Shown: positions 28,728-38,780, counted from the first letter of the stretch. The stretch: 64,000 nucleotides of DNA from Candidatus Bathyarchaeota archaeon (GCA_963806535.1 CAWDYC010000007.1:256001-320000), one strand, 5' to 3'. Notes: generated from the sequence alone by a model not told the origin. Numbers and translations are program-made.

Positions 28728-30764
28728 ATGGCTAACACTCAATTAACTGTAGATCCACAGCAGCTTTTTCAAGAGTTCTTTAAAAAAGAAAAGTATCGAC
28801 AACGAATCGCTCAACTAGCCATCACTGGAAGAAACTCGGTAATAATTGATTTTGAAGAGCTCTACGCGTTTGATCAATCGCTCGCTGAGCAATTACTCAA
28901 TAGGCCAGAAGAGTACTTGCAGCATGCTGGAAAAGGAGCTTATGAGCAACTCCGTATTGAAGATTCTGAGTACGCTGAGAAAATTGAAAAAATAATCATA
29001 AGAGTTGTAGAACTTCTTGGCAAGGAACAGCTTAGAAAGCTTGGCTCAAGACAAATGGCGAAGCTAATCATGGTTGAGGGAATAGTGGTTAGAGCCACCC
29101 CAGTCCGTCCAATGGTGTTGCAAGGAGCTTTCAAATGCAAACGCTGCGGAACAATGAATCAAGTTGAACAAACTGGACAGTTCTTAAAAGCACCAGCAAT
29201 ATGCCAAGCACCAGACTGCGGCAGAGATGGACCTTTCGAATTTACCCAAGAAGAATCCACTTTTATAGATTCCCAAGACCTTCGATTGCAGGAAAAACCT
29301 GAAGATCTACCGCCCGGCCAGTTGCCGCGTACATTAGCAGTGAAACTGGTAGGCGACGACATAGTTGACGTTGCAAGGCCAGGAGACCATGTTGGAGTTG
29401 TTGGAATTGTCCGTGCTTTTGCGCCTTCACTTATGGGAATGGGAAAACTCAGAACATTCATTTTACAACTTGACGCTAACTCAATCGGCGTACTTGGCAA
29501 AGAACCAGAAACATCACCGCCAACACCTGAAGAAGAAGAAAAAATCCGTACACTCTCTCAAGACCCTAATGTTCATAAAAAAATTATGCAGTCAATAGCG
29601 CCGTCCATTTTCGGTTACGAGCACATTAAAGAAGCAATAATGTACCTGCTTTTCGGCGGAGTGTCAAAAAGTCTTCCAGACGTAAACATAAGAGGGGAAA
29701 TGAACGCACTTTTAATCGGTGACCCTGGTACCGCAAAGTCACAGTTACTCCAATATGTTGCACGAATAGCTCCGAGGGGACTCTATACTTCGGGTAGGGG
29801 AACAACCGCGGCAGGCTTAACCGCCGCTGTAGTTAGGGAAAAAGGTGGTAGCATGAGTCTTGAAGCAGGCGCACTTGTTTTAGCCGATAAAGGCATTGCA
29901 TGCATTGACGAAATGGATAAAATGCGCCCTGAAGACAGAGTTGCCATCCACGAAGCTATGGAGCAGCATACGGTTTCAGTTGCAAAAGGTGGAATTGTTG
30001 CAACCTTAAACGCTAGAACAGCAGTGCTTGCAGCCGCTAACCCATCCTTGGGCAGATATGAACCAAACAGAACGGTCGCCGAAAACGTACCGCTACCAGT
30101 AACTATCCTTTCTCGTTTCGATTTAATTTTCGTTTTGCGAGATGTACCTAATAAAGAATCAGATAGTAAAATGTCGCAGCATATTTTGGAAATTCATCGC
30201 AGAGGAGTCAGCCCTGTAGAAGCTCAAGTGGATGCAGAATTGCTTCGAAAATACGTAAGCTTCGCGAAAGGAATAAAACCAGCACTTAGTGTGGAAGCGG
30301 CAAAGCAGCTTAGCGATTTCTATTTAGCTATGCGTGCGGCAAGCGAAACGGAAGGTTCACCTGTAGCAATTACGGCAAGGCAGTTAGAGTCTCTTGTTCG
30401 AATTTCTGAAGCCCGTGCTCGTGTAGCTTTGCGTAAAGAAGTAACTTCTGAAGATGCAGCAGCTGCTATAACTCTAATGAAGAGATCACTTGAGGAAGTG
30501 GGAATCGACTTGTCCTCATACAAAGTCGATATTGACTTGATCATGACTGGCAGACCAAAAAGCATGCGAGATAGATTACACATCATCCTGTCAACACTAA
30601 TGGACATGGAGAAAATAACAGGCATAGTTGAGAAAGACGCACTTGTCACCGAATTGGAAACAAAACATAAGATACCCAGAGGAGAAATTGAACGCATGAT
30701 AAGCCAGATGCTGCGCGAAGGCACAATCTATGAACCACGCGAAGGATGCCTAAAGAAAACCTAA
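28728..30764 (+). CDS. mcm: MCM replicative helicase (no intein)
   Basis: Zn finger, GDPGTAKSQ, AAGLTAAV, IDEMDKM, ILSRFDL, ITARQLE. Confidence 0.97.
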   Translation: MANTQLTVDPQQLFQEFFKKEKYRQRIAQLAITGRNSVIIDFEELYAFDQSLAEQLLNRPEEYLQHAGKGAYEQLRIEDSEYAEKIEKIIIRVVELLGKEQLRKLGSRQMAKLIMVEGIVVRATPVRPMVLQGAFKCKRCGTMNQVEQTGQFLKAPAICQAPDCGRDGPFEFTQEESTFIDSQDLRLQEKPEDLPPGQLPRTLAVKLVGDDIVDVARPGDHVGVVGIVRAFAPSLMGMGKLRTFILQLDANSIGVLGKEPETSPPTPEEEEKIRTLSQDPNVHKKIMQSIAPSIFGYEHIKEAIMYLLFGGVSKSLPDVNIRGEMNALLIGDPGTAKSQLLQYVARIAPRGLYTSGRGTTAAGLTAAVVREKGGSMSLEAGALVLADKGIACIDEMDKMRPEDRVAIHEAMEQHTVSVAKGGIVATLNARTAVLAAANPSLGRYEPNRTVAENVPLPVTILSRFDLIFVLRDVPNKESDSKMSQHILEIHRRGVSPVEAQVDAELLRKYVSFAKGIKPALSVEAAKQLSDFYLAMRAASETEGSPVAITARQLESLVRISEARARVALRKEVTSEDAAAAITLMKRSLEEVGIDLSSYKVDIDLIMTGRPKSMRDRLHIILSTLMDMEKITGIVEKDALVTELETKHKIPRGEIERMISQMLREGTIYEPREGCLKKT

Positions 30765-30834
30765 GACAGATAAAAAGTGAGAATCCGCAGCAACACAAAA
30801 AAACATTTGATATAATAAAGAAAAACTTTACCAC

Positions 30835-31608
30835 TTAAGAGATGTAAGTGGTTTTTTTATCTTCTTCTTTACGGGTTTCTTCAGCTTGCAAAGCCCGTTT
30901 TTCCTCGATTTGTTGCAGACGAGTCACCATAGTCTCTGCCCGTGTAATTTCTTCATTTAATCCTGTCAAATCTAGCTCAAAGTTGAAAGTAGATTTTAAA
31001 ACTTCCAAAATGCTTTTGGCTGCAAGCGGATCTGGCAAATAGCCACGTGTTTCACCAAGTAGGCAAAGCGCACTTATTTTTTTGAATTTGGCTAATCCAA
31101 GAATTAAGCCTGCCGTTCCGACAATAGGGCTACCTGAAGTGCTTAAGATTGCACCTGCTTGAAGGGCTTTGTCCAAGATTTCCTGTGAAGTTGCGGCTAT
31201 GAATACTTTGGGTTTTTCTTTTGGTTCCATTCTGTAGCCGCCGATTGTTGCAATAGTTTTTACGCCGTGTTTCTCTGAGAAATTAAGGATTTGATCAGCG
31301 ATTTCATATTGCCCTTCTATTGTTTGTGATTGGCTGTCGCCAGTGAATAAAACTAGGTCATTTTGGCCGTTTGGATTTTTGTAGTAGTAAAATGCGCCTC
31401 TTAAAAGGCGAACATTGCCTTTTTTGTTAACTAAGACAAAATATGGGAAATGTGGAGAGTATAGATAGGCGACTTTTTTGGCTTTTAGCTGTTTAATTAA
31501 GTAACGAAGAGCGATTTTGCCGACAAGTCCCAACCCTGGGAGACCTTCGATTAGAATAGGATTGTTTGGTTCAATTTCCGTAAATTCTTTAATGTAGGTT
31601 TCTTTCAT
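30835..31608 (-). CDS. PAC2 family proteasome assembly chaperone
   Basis: IEGLPGLGLVGKIA, YSPHFP, GDSQ, T.GGY, IVG.AG, LLGET.GY..DP. Confidence 0.92.
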   Translation of the reverse strand: MKETYIKEFTEIEPNNPILIEGLPGLGLVGKIALRYLIKQLKAKKVAYLYSPHFPYFVLVNKKGNVRLLRGAFYYYKNPNGQNDLVLFTGDSQSQTIEGQYEIADQILNFSEKHGVKTIATIGGYRMEPKEKPKVFIAATSQEILDKALQAGAILSTSGSPIVGTAGLILGLAKFKKISALCLLGETRGYLPDPLAAKSILEVLKSTFNFELDLTGLNEEITRAETMVTRLQQIEEKRALQAEETRKEEDKKTTYIS

Positions 31609-31772
31609 TTAGTACAGCTCCTTTTCATTTCCATCCGATACTTTAAGTATTTATCGTCAGGCGAAAACTTAGGCGGATGCGGAATCCTAACAGGGCCACC
31701 ACAGTAAGGGCACTTATCCTTTTGCAGAGTATATTTTTCACAGTTCACACATTTGCGAAGTTGCCAGACCAA
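31605..31772 (-). CDS. nop10: H/ACA RNP protein Nop10
   Basis: Not in the ORF track. MVWQLRKCVNCEKYTLQKDKCPYCGGPVRIPHPPKFSPDDKYLKYR...; its stop overlaps the PAC2 start. Confidence 0.95.
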   Translation of the reverse strand: MVWQLRKCVNCEKYTLQKDKCPYCGGPVRIPHPPKFSPDDKYLKYRMEMKRSCTK

Positions 31773-31877
31773 TTATTTTTCCCTTCCAAAAGGGTAAGCT
31801 TCAAAATCTGTAAGAGTTTTTATGGAAGCAATTACTAAGTCGCCAGTTTCTGGCCACTCGGGCTTACGCTCAGCCAT
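31773..31877 (-). pseudogene. eif2a: Remnant of translation initiation factor aIF-2 alpha (34 aa; N-terminus fused to C-terminus)
   Basis: MAERKPEWPETGDLVIASIKTLTDFEAY|PFGREK*. S1-domain start of aIF2alpha, in its canonical slot between S27e and Nop10. Confidence 0.8.
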
Positions 31878-31892
31878 TAATTACTTCATCCC

Positions 31893-32105
31893 TTATTCAA
31901 GAACCGCTTGTACGTCGCCCTTGATTTTTGCTCTTCCGCCAGAGGGTTCTGCTAATGTTTCTCCACATACGTTGCAGGTTATTTTGTTAACTGCGTTGCT
32001 GTAAACTAGTTGTTCGTTGCCACATTTTGGACATTTAACTCTAAGGAAGACACTACTTGGTTTTGGAATAAGTTTGCTCCATTCAGACATGACTTTTTTC
32101 TCCAT
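31893..32105 (-). CDS. rps27e: 30S ribosomal protein S27e
   Basis: IPKPSSVFLRVKCPKCGNEQ...CNVCG..LAEPSGGRAKI. Confidence 0.96.
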   Translation of the reverse strand: MEKKVMSEWSKLIPKPSSVFLRVKCPKCGNEQLVYSNAVNKITCNVCGETLAEPSGGRAKIKGDVQAVLE

Positions 32106-32108
32106 TAA

Positions 32109-32393
32109 TTATTGTATAACTAATTTTCTTAGACGAATACCGTCCTTGTGCCTCATGAAATTGCAAACTTTGCATTTAAGGCGCAAGGTTTGTTTTTTTG
32201 TTGTTTTGGCGAATTCTCTTTGAAGTGGATATTTTTGTCCACCGTACCCTTCTTTTTCTCTTGCGTGGGCACGCTCACCGTGGGCTAACGCTCTTCGCTT
32301 TCCCGGCTTGTAGAGGGTTACACTGTGAATTTGATGAGCTTTGCATTTAGGACAATATGTCTTTACTTCTTTAGGAACGTTCACGTTCTTCAC
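32109..32393 (-). CDS. rpl44e: 50S ribosomal protein L44e (eL42)
   Basis: PK...TYCPKC..H..H, GYGGQ..P, AKTTKK..L.LKC..C. Confidence 0.96.
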   Translation of the reverse strand: MKNVNVPKEVKTYCPKCKAHQIHSVTLYKPGKRRALAHGERAHAREKEGYGGQKYPLQREFAKTTKKQTLRLKCKVCNFMRHKDGIRLRKLVIQ

Positions 32394-32622
32394 TACCAGC
32401 TTTGCATAAAAGAAACATACGCATTCTTATACTTTTTCGCCTATCTGCTAAAAACTTAGTCCTCCAGCCCATTGGAGATAAGCGCTTAGCGTAATGTATA
32501 ATCTTCATTGCCAATGTTATTTTGATCGGCAAGTCTCAGTATGCTTTCAGGGGCAAAGAAGCACAGTGTTTTTTAAACCGAAACAATCTTTACATTATAC
32601 TCAGTTTGCAGGTTTGAAATCG

Positions 32623-33705
32623 TTGACGTCACAACTTTTTTTGAAAATCAAAAGCCACTCAGATTTAATCATAAAATTGTTACCGTTATTCGCGTTTGTC
32701 GTTCCGTTAGCTATTCTGTATTTTCTGAATTTGCCCGGTCCCAATCTTGCGCCTAGTTCCCAGTATTCATTTCAGTTAATGTGGAAAGGCAGGACGTTTC
32801 AGTTGTTTTTTGTTTGGTTGATAGCATTGGAATTTATCCTTAGCTGGGAAACTATTAAAACAAAAATTACCAAACATAATAAGGCTGGACTGATTGCTGT
32901 TGCTATAGCCTTGTTGCTTCCTACGTTTTACGTGATTTCAGAGTATTCTTTCGGATTAAACTCAGCTATTTCAAGTACTTCTTTCCAAAGTGGAATTACC
33001 TTTTATTATCTAATGCCTTTAGCTGTTGAATACCTTGTTTTTTCGGTTCTTTTTGGCTTGATTACTTTCCTTTGTTTTGGCAAAAAGGGTTTACGTGGCT
33101 TCGCTCTACCTGCGTTATTTGCTGCAATAGTCGGCATTATTTACACAATCGATAACGTTTTTCCTTATGGCAAATTTACGCCTTTTCAACTTTTGGTTCC
33201 AACAACCGCTGGCTTAGCCGGTTTTGTTCTTCGCTTAATGGGGTATGCTGTTTTGCCTGGAACAGAAAATGGCATGCCGACTTTGCAGGTTACTGGGTCG
33301 GTGGGAACAACGACCACTTTCGCTATCGCTTGGCCGTGCGCTGGTATTGAAAGTCTTTTAATTTACACAGCCGTTGCCGCGCTATTTTTGCAACGTATAC
33401 CTTTGTCTTGGAAAGCGAAAATCGGACTGTTCACGATTGGAGCAGCCGTCACTTACTGCATAAACGTTTTGCGAATAGCGAGCCTCTTCATAATTGGAAC
33501 ACAGAATTTTGGAAACATAAACGCGCCAGCAGTACAAGATTTTCACTTCTATTATGGACCATTGTTTTCGCTTGTGTGGATAGTTTCTTACCCATTAATT
33601 ATAATGGTCAGCCTAGGTTTAATGCGGAAGAATAAGAAAGAAAAGGTTGATTCAAACAAAGAAAAAACTATGAAACCTCAACCGAAACAGCTAAGCCCTG
33701 TTTAA
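32623..33705 (+). CDS. Exosortase/archaeosortase family membrane transpeptidase
   Basis: Multi-TM protein with IAWPCAGIESL (catalytic Cys), NVLRI (Arg) and DFH (His). TTG start at 32623 is inferred; the ORF is open from 32494. Confidence 0.85.
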   Translation: MTSQLFLKIKSHSDLIIKLLPLFAFVVPLAILYFLNLPGPNLAPSSQYSFQLMWKGRTFQLFFVWLIALEFILSWETIKTKITKHNKAGLIAVAIALLLPTFYVISEYSFGLNSAISSTSFQSGITFYYLMPLAVEYLVFSVLFGLITFLCFGKKGLRGFALPALFAAIVGIIYTIDNVFPYGKFTPFQLLVPTTAGLAGFVLRLMGYAVLPGTENGMPTLQVTGSVGTTTTFAIAWPCAGIESLLIYTAVAALFLQRIPLSWKAKIGLFTIGAAVTYCINVLRIASLFIIGTQNFGNINAPAVQDFHFYYGPLFSLVWIVSYPLIIMVSLGLMRKNKKEKVDSNKEKTMKPQPKQLSPV

Positions 33706-34228
33706 CCAACATTTTAGCGTTCTCAACAGGTAGAGAGGCAACATCTTCAGCAACGTAGGGGCCGTAAGTTTTCATATCTGCGCCAATGATTGTTGGAATA
33801 TTTTTTATGAATCTTAAAGCCACGCGTTTATGACTGGCCTGAGCTTCGACTTTAACGTCTATTTTAGGAGCTTGGCCTTGCATGAGGCTTCTTGCGAACT
33901 TTTGATATGCATCGCTAAAAGCGATAAAACTTTTACTCATCTCTGCTTCTTCAACAGTTAGCAAGTCAGATGGCATTTTTTGGCTTTGAGTGATTGTTCG
34001 AACGAGTTTCTTGTACCTAACTCGAAGAAGTTCCTTAAGCATCAGATTTACGTTCTTTGATTCATGTTCAAGCAAATTTACTTTAATTGATTTTTTGTCA
34101 AGAATTTTGTTTTCTTCTTTTAGTCGCCGCAGGTAATCTGCTATTCTATTGTAAAAATCAGGAGGTAAACCTCCAAGCGAAGCTTCTTCAATTTCTCTTC
34201 GCCAAGCTGCATAAAGCTCATTGTACAT
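33668..34228 (-). CDS. gins15: GINS complex subunit Gins15
   Basis: E....L..LPPDFY, R..KL, LT.EE, C-terminal B-domain RF...IP.IIG.D.KTYGP...EDVASLP.ENA..LV.QG.A. Confidence 0.88.
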   Translation of the reverse strand: MYNELYAAWRREIEEASLGGLPPDFYNRIADYLRRLKEENKILDKKSIKVNLLEHESKNVNLMLKELLRVRYKKLVRTITQSQKMPSDLLTVEEAEMSKSFIAFSDAYQKFARSLMQGQAPKIDVKVEAQASHKRVALRFIKNIPTIIGADMKTYGPYVAEDVASLPVENAKMLVKQGLAVSVEVS

Positions 34229-35455
34229 TTAGTTTGCCACCTTAGCCCTTCCCTTGCAAATAAGCATTACTGCCGCTGCCACAGGCAACTCAACCGTTTG
34301 ATTCTTGTATGGACCCAACGTTACTCCCCCCAACTTAAACTCTGGCGCGTCAGAGACCAACACTTTTGCCGCGCCCTTTTTAAAAGCTACCGCTCCAGTG
34401 AAAGGGTCAAAATCCTCAAGGTTTTTAGCGGGAAATTCAACTTTTTTTAATCCTGTTTTACCATGTAAAGTACCGTTCATCCTGATTAATCGGTGAACGT
34501 CAGTTGTGACAACAGTATCGATATTTGCCGATTGCAACTCTAGCACATGGTCAGCAAGCTTTAGCCAAGTTTGGATGCTGACATCATTAATGCTTTCCCA
34601 TCTGCCTTCATTTATGCAACGTTTAATGATAGTTTCTTTGTTTTTTAAAACAGCATTATTTTTTATTCCAATCTTTTTCAAATCTTCTTTTGTTGCAGTA
34701 CCCAAAAAATTTTGCATTCCTAATTTTAGTCGTTTGTTCCACCCAAAATTATGCAAATTGAATCTTTTAGCCGGATTTTTCTTTTTTGGTTTTTCCGTCG
34801 CATCTTTATCTAATATTGCTAAACCTAATCCTGTAACATAATCTACAATTTCTTTCCTTCCCAGGGCATCTAAGGACCGTACCGATTCGTCCTCTACATG
34901 TACGTGGTACCCTCGATGACCAGAAAAAAACACATGTAACTCATCTAATGAAAAACCAAAATCGTTTTCCAACATATCAATCAGCTTTGCAGTTTCATCC
35001 CGAGCGGATTTTATGCAAAGTTCGCAGGGCCAAGTTTTTGTCTCGAATTTTGTTGCTTCACAAGCAGGACAAATTTCTGGAATCAAGCCTTTGCCGCTGA
35101 ACCCGCATTTGACACATATGAATTCATCATGGATTTTATCACAGGTTGTTGGAATATGATCAGCATCTATATCAAAGACCAAATCAGCACCTAACCACCC
35201 TTTCTTATCCATATCGAAATCAGGGTTTTCATAATAAGCACATGAATGATAAACATCTGAGGGAACAATTTCATTTAGCGCTGATCGCAGCGTTCTAATT
35301 CCTTCGAATCTTTTATGCCTAACCATGAACCGTTCTTTGAAAAGAAGATAAGCAAATTCTCTTTGGCTGGGTGAAATTGGGGCAGGAATAACTGTTGCGG
35401 GATCTCGGTAGTATTCGCAGAATTTTTGATAAACGAAGTCTCGAGAAGCTTCCAC
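34229..35455 (-). CDS. priS: DNA primase small (catalytic) subunit
   Basis: REF, DVYHS.AYY, DLVFDIDAD, FSG.RGYHVHV, ID.VVT.D.HRLIR..G.LHGKTG. Confidence 0.95.
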   Translation of the reverse strand: MEASRDFVYQKFCEYYRDPATVIPAPISPSQREFAYLLFKERFMVRHKRFEGIRTLRSALNEIVPSDVYHSCAYYENPDFDMDKKGWLGADLVFDIDADHIPTTCDKIHDEFICVKCGFSGKGLIPEICPACEATKFETKTWPCELCIKSARDETAKLIDMLENDFGFSLDELHVFFSGHRGYHVHVEDESVRSLDALGRKEIVDYVTGLGLAILDKDATEKPKKKNPAKRFNLHNFGWNKRLKLGMQNFLGTATKEDLKKIGIKNNAVLKNKETIIKRCINEGRWESINDVSIQTWLKLADHVLELQSANIDTVVTTDVHRLIRMNGTLHGKTGLKKVEFPAKNLEDFDPFTGAVAFKKGAAKVLVSDAPEFKLGGVTLGPYKNQTVELPVAAAVMLICKGRAKVAN

Positions 35456-35655
35456 TTTCCCTTTGCCCCTTGTTGTATAGTGATTATGCCTCCTAAATTT
35501 ATCTATATATCGTGCGATTGAAAAATTACGAACGGTAAGAAGTCAATCAAACGTGCAAGTTGTCACTAACCTGAAGAGGATTATGCAGGTGAGGATTCAA
35601 ATACCCAACGAACGGATAATAATTTCCCAAGAAAATGAGAGCACTTAACCAAGCG

Positions 35656-36429
35656 CTATGAACGTGAGATTGCTTTCAAGGTATAAGTCATGTAGCTTCG
35701 GATTTCCGTCCATGAAAGCTTGGATTTCCCAATTTTTCGATTAACAAATAAGACAGGGGTTTCTTTCAAACAAAAATTTCTCAAAGTGGCTTGTCTTATG
35801 GTTTCTATTTGGATTTCGTAAGTGTGACTGTGAAGGCTAGAGATTGCTGCTTTTAGGAACTTGGTAGAATAGCAGCGGAAACCGCTTGTACAATCGTGAA
35901 GCTTTAAGCCGAGCGAAAAACGGGCAATTGAGTTCGCAGTTCGACTAATTATTTTCCTCGTGAAAGGCCAACCTTCAATTTTGCCGCCTTTAACATATCG
36001 ACTACCGATCACAATGGCACATTCAGATTCAAGCATTTTTGATAAAAGCTGCGGGATATCTTTCGGATTATGTGAATAATCCGCATCCATTGTAATGACA
36101 TATTTTGGCGGTTGTTTTAGGGACAAAAAATATTTGAATCCATCAGTTATGGCTGTTCCTAAACCACTTTTTTTAGGTCTAACACACAATAAAATATTCT
36201 TGTATTTGATTTGTTTCTCTTGCACGATTTCAGCTGTTTTATCTGGGCTTGAATCGTCAATAACAAGAATTGAGGCGTCTAATTTTAGGCCTTCAATCGC
36301 ATCAATTAATTTGGAAATATTATCTTCTTCTCGATAGGTCGGTAGAATTACACCGATCTGAGAGGTAACCATACTGTTACCGATTAATTGATAATTCATA
36401 TGACTCCAACCTAATTTACAGCCAGTCAA
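35656..36429 (-). CDS. Polyprenol/dolichol-phosphate mannose synthase (GT2)
   Basis: ILPTY.E..N, IDDSSPD.T, GLG.A...G, MDAD.SH.P, GSRY, D.TSGFR, R..GKSKL. Confidence 0.9.
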   Translation of the reverse strand: MTGCKLGWSHMNYQLIGNSMVTSQIGVILPTYREEDNISKLIDAIEGLKLDASILVIDDSSPDKTAEIVQEKQIKYKNILLCVRPKKSGLGTAITDGFKYFLSLKQPPKYVITMDADYSHNPKDIPQLLSKMLESECAIVIGSRYVKGGKIEGWPFTRKIISRTANSIARFSLGLKLHDCTSGFRCYSTKFLKAAISSLHSHTYEIQIETIRQATLRNFCLKETPVLFVNRKIGKSKLSWTEIRSYMTYTLKAISRS

Positions 36430-36447
36430 TTAATAAATCTATACCAA

Positions 36448-37500
36448 TTATTTGGACTGATTTAACGCGATTTGTTGTTTAATTTTATAATATTTCAATG
36501 GATGATAGATGCGGCGGCATAAATCATCTCTGTTTTTGCATACTCCATGCGTTTGCAATATGGAGCATTGTGGAGGAGTATAGCGGGTTCCAGAGCCTCT
36601 TTCTCCGGCTATATGCTCGATTTGGTAGCGAGTTAATCTTTCATTATAGTCAGAAAAACTTTTGTAAATTTCGCTCACTATTTCGGTGGACATTCCAATG
36701 TTTAGTAGAAAAGCTGTTAACGTGAATCTCTCCATCTGCGATAGATGATGAGTTGATGATGCTGCCTCGTAAATTGCGTTTATGCATGGGGGAAAAGCGG
36801 TTTGAACAATAGTTTTAGGAAACTCCTCGACATTTTCTTCAATATTTTCAGCAGCCAATTTCTTTAGTTTTTCAGCGATCATAATTAACTCAGGCGGAAA
36901 TTTTTGAGATTTTACATCTAACCGTTTTTCAATTCGCCTACGCACTTCCTCTTCAAGCAATCTTGTTACATCTTTTTTGTTTAGGTAAACGTTTCCATTG
37001 AGTAAAATGCTGTTAGTTAACTTCCATTTTTTGTCATGCAAATGCGCTGCGTTCCTCAAGTAATCTGTGAAGTGAATGGTAAAATCAAGGGGTGAGTCGG
37101 GATTTGATGAAAGTTTTATTTTCCAATCAAAATCTTCAGCTATTTTGAGTATCTTTTCTTTAGGTTCGTTAACTAAATCACATGATGCTTGTTTCGCTTC
37201 TGCCAGAGCGTATCTTTTTTTAATAAACGAATTTTCTGTGGCTATTACAAGCAGGAGTGCGATCGGAAAAGAGAGGATTTCGATATCTATTTGTTTACTA
37301 TCCCTGCTGACACTTCTTGTTATAATCGCTTCATTAACTCTTTCTTCCGCACGTTTAAGAGCCTGGTCCATGCCCATGCTTGCTAAATCGTCGATTTGCA
37401 AGTCCAATGGTTTGATGTATTCAGCGGTTTCTTTTAAGAAAGGATACTTTGCCAAATCATTTTTTGTGAATCCCGCCGATGCCATCTGCAAGGTTGTCAC
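36448..37500 (-). CDS. priL: DNA primase large subunit
   Basis: AKYPFL, FPPCI, RF.LTAFL, T.YQIEHI.G, Y.PP.C, C...C..I.HPL.YY (4Fe-4S domain). Confidence 0.93.
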   Translation of the reverse strand: MTTLQMASAGFTKNDLAKYPFLKETAEYIKPLDLQIDDLASMGMDQALKRAEERVNEAIITRSVSRDSKQIDIEILSFPIALLLVIATENSFIKKRYALAEAKQASCDLVNEPKEKILKIAEDFDWKIKLSSNPDSPLDFTIHFTDYLRNAAHLHDKKWKLTNSILLNGNVYLNKKDVTRLLEEEVRRRIEKRLDVKSQKFPPELIMIAEKLKKLAAENIEENVEEFPKTIVQTAFPPCINAIYEAASSTHHLSQMERFTLTAFLLNIGMSTEIVSEIYKSFSDYNERLTRYQIEHIAGERGSGTRYTPPQCSILQTHGVCKNRDDLCRRIYHPLKYYKIKQQIALNQSK

Positions 37501-37501
37501 G

Positions 37502-38257
37502 TTATTCTGTTTCGATTCGCGGCGCCAAGAAGAAAGTTAACTTTCCCTCTTTTGTCTGTTGGAAGTCAATTTTCACAGGCATGTCACTGGAAAATTCAAG
37601 TGTTGCGATATCTGAAGTAGCTGAAGCAGCTTTAATGATTTCAGACAAATAACTAAGGCTGAATGTGGCTTTAGCGTTTTCTTTCACTTCTAAATCAAGA
37701 AGAGCGTCATTGCCTTTCTGCAGAGTTATAATTGCGCCCATCAAGTCGCCTGAAGCGCTTAAGGTCAATTTTTCTGGTTCAGCTTCGATGCGCACATGGT
37801 CACTTACCAACTGTGCATCTTCGATTGCTTGACTTAACCCTTGAGTTGTTGTTTTCGCTTTTACATTGAAGGTTATTTTTGGGGTCGGAACTTCTTCTTC
37901 TGATGCTTCAAGGGTCGGCATCGTGAAGTTACGGCTGTATTTGCCGGTTATTGTTATTTGTAAGCGTCCAGTTTTTTCGTCAAGAGACAACTCGACAGCT
38001 TCGTCTCTTCCAGCACGTTTGAGAAGTTTTAGCAGTTCACTGATGTTAATGCACATTTTTGAAGGTTCAGTAGCCATGTATTCCTGGAAAATAGATTTTG
38101 GCCATTCAAAATCAATCATGGCAACACGTGAGGGATCCATCGCCCGCAGTTTCAAACCTTCAGGGTCAATCTTGAATGTGGCTTCATCTACAAGGATGGA
38201 TATGGCTGTAGCCATGTCTCTTAATAGTTTAGCGTCAGACACTTTAAGTTTGAACAT
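37502..38257 (-). CDS. pcn: PCNA sliding clamp
   Basis: LVDEATF, LRAMDPSRVAM, F...YL, DMP, FFLAPRIE. Confidence 0.97.
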   Translation of the reverse strand: MFKLKVSDAKLLRDMATAISILVDEATFKIDPEGLKLRAMDPSRVAMIDFEWPKSIFQEYMATEPSKMCINISELLKLLKRAGRDEAVELSLDEKTGRLQITITGKYSRNFTMPTLEASEEEVPTPKITFNVKAKTTTQGLSQAIEDAQLVSDHVRIEAEPEKLTLSASGDLMGAIITLQKGNDALLDLEVKENAKATFSLSYLSEIIKAASATSDIATLEFSSDMPVKIDFQQTKEGKLTFFLAPRIETE

Positions 38258-38423
38258 GTTACTTCTCTTCCTCGCTATTGCATATTATTGTAAAGTTATA
38301 TAGCTTATGATTACACCTTGAGCTAATAAATAAATTGTTCTAGCAAAATCTAAAAAATATTCTATTAGCAAACTGTCACTAAAATATAGCAAAAGATAAA
38401 AAGAAATAAAGATTGAAGTGATT

Positions 38424-38780
38424 TTAGCTATATTCTCTAAATGTGTAACTGCATTTGGTGCAACGGAGAAACTGCGTTGAAGATTCGTCAGCTCCGCGAG
38501 TCTGAACTTGCCAAACATACGCTGTGTTGTTTCCACATCTTGGACATTCAATACGCACTGTTGGTAAGGTGCTTAGTTTCTGCTCTTCTTTTCCAATAAC
38601 AGCAACTAGTTGCTGGGGACTATGTTGGATTACTTTCGGCGCTACTTTTGTTTCTGCATTTTCGCCGCCTTCCGGTTTTTTATATCCGCATTTGGGGCAG
38701 ACGAGAACTAAAGAAGCATCTTTTCCGCTCTTGGATTTCTTTGGTTCAAGACGAGATCCACATTTAGGGCAGAATTCCAT
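38424..38780 (-). CDS. tfs: Transcription factor S (TFS)
   Basis: MEFCPKCG...CPKCG...CPRCG...QTRGADE...C.KC. Confidence 0.95.
   Translation of the reverse strand: MEFCPKCGSRLEPKKSKSGKDASLVLVCPKCGYKKPEGGENAETKVAPKVIQHSPQQLVAVIGKEEQKLSTLPTVRIECPRCGNNTAYVWQVQTRGADESSTQFLRCTKCSYTFREYS

Noticed and set aside
35520-35625. Two copies of ACGAACGG between priS and the GT2 gene as origin or regulatory repeats
   Set aside because: Only two 8-mers, no ORB-like G-string and no cdc6/orc1 nearby.
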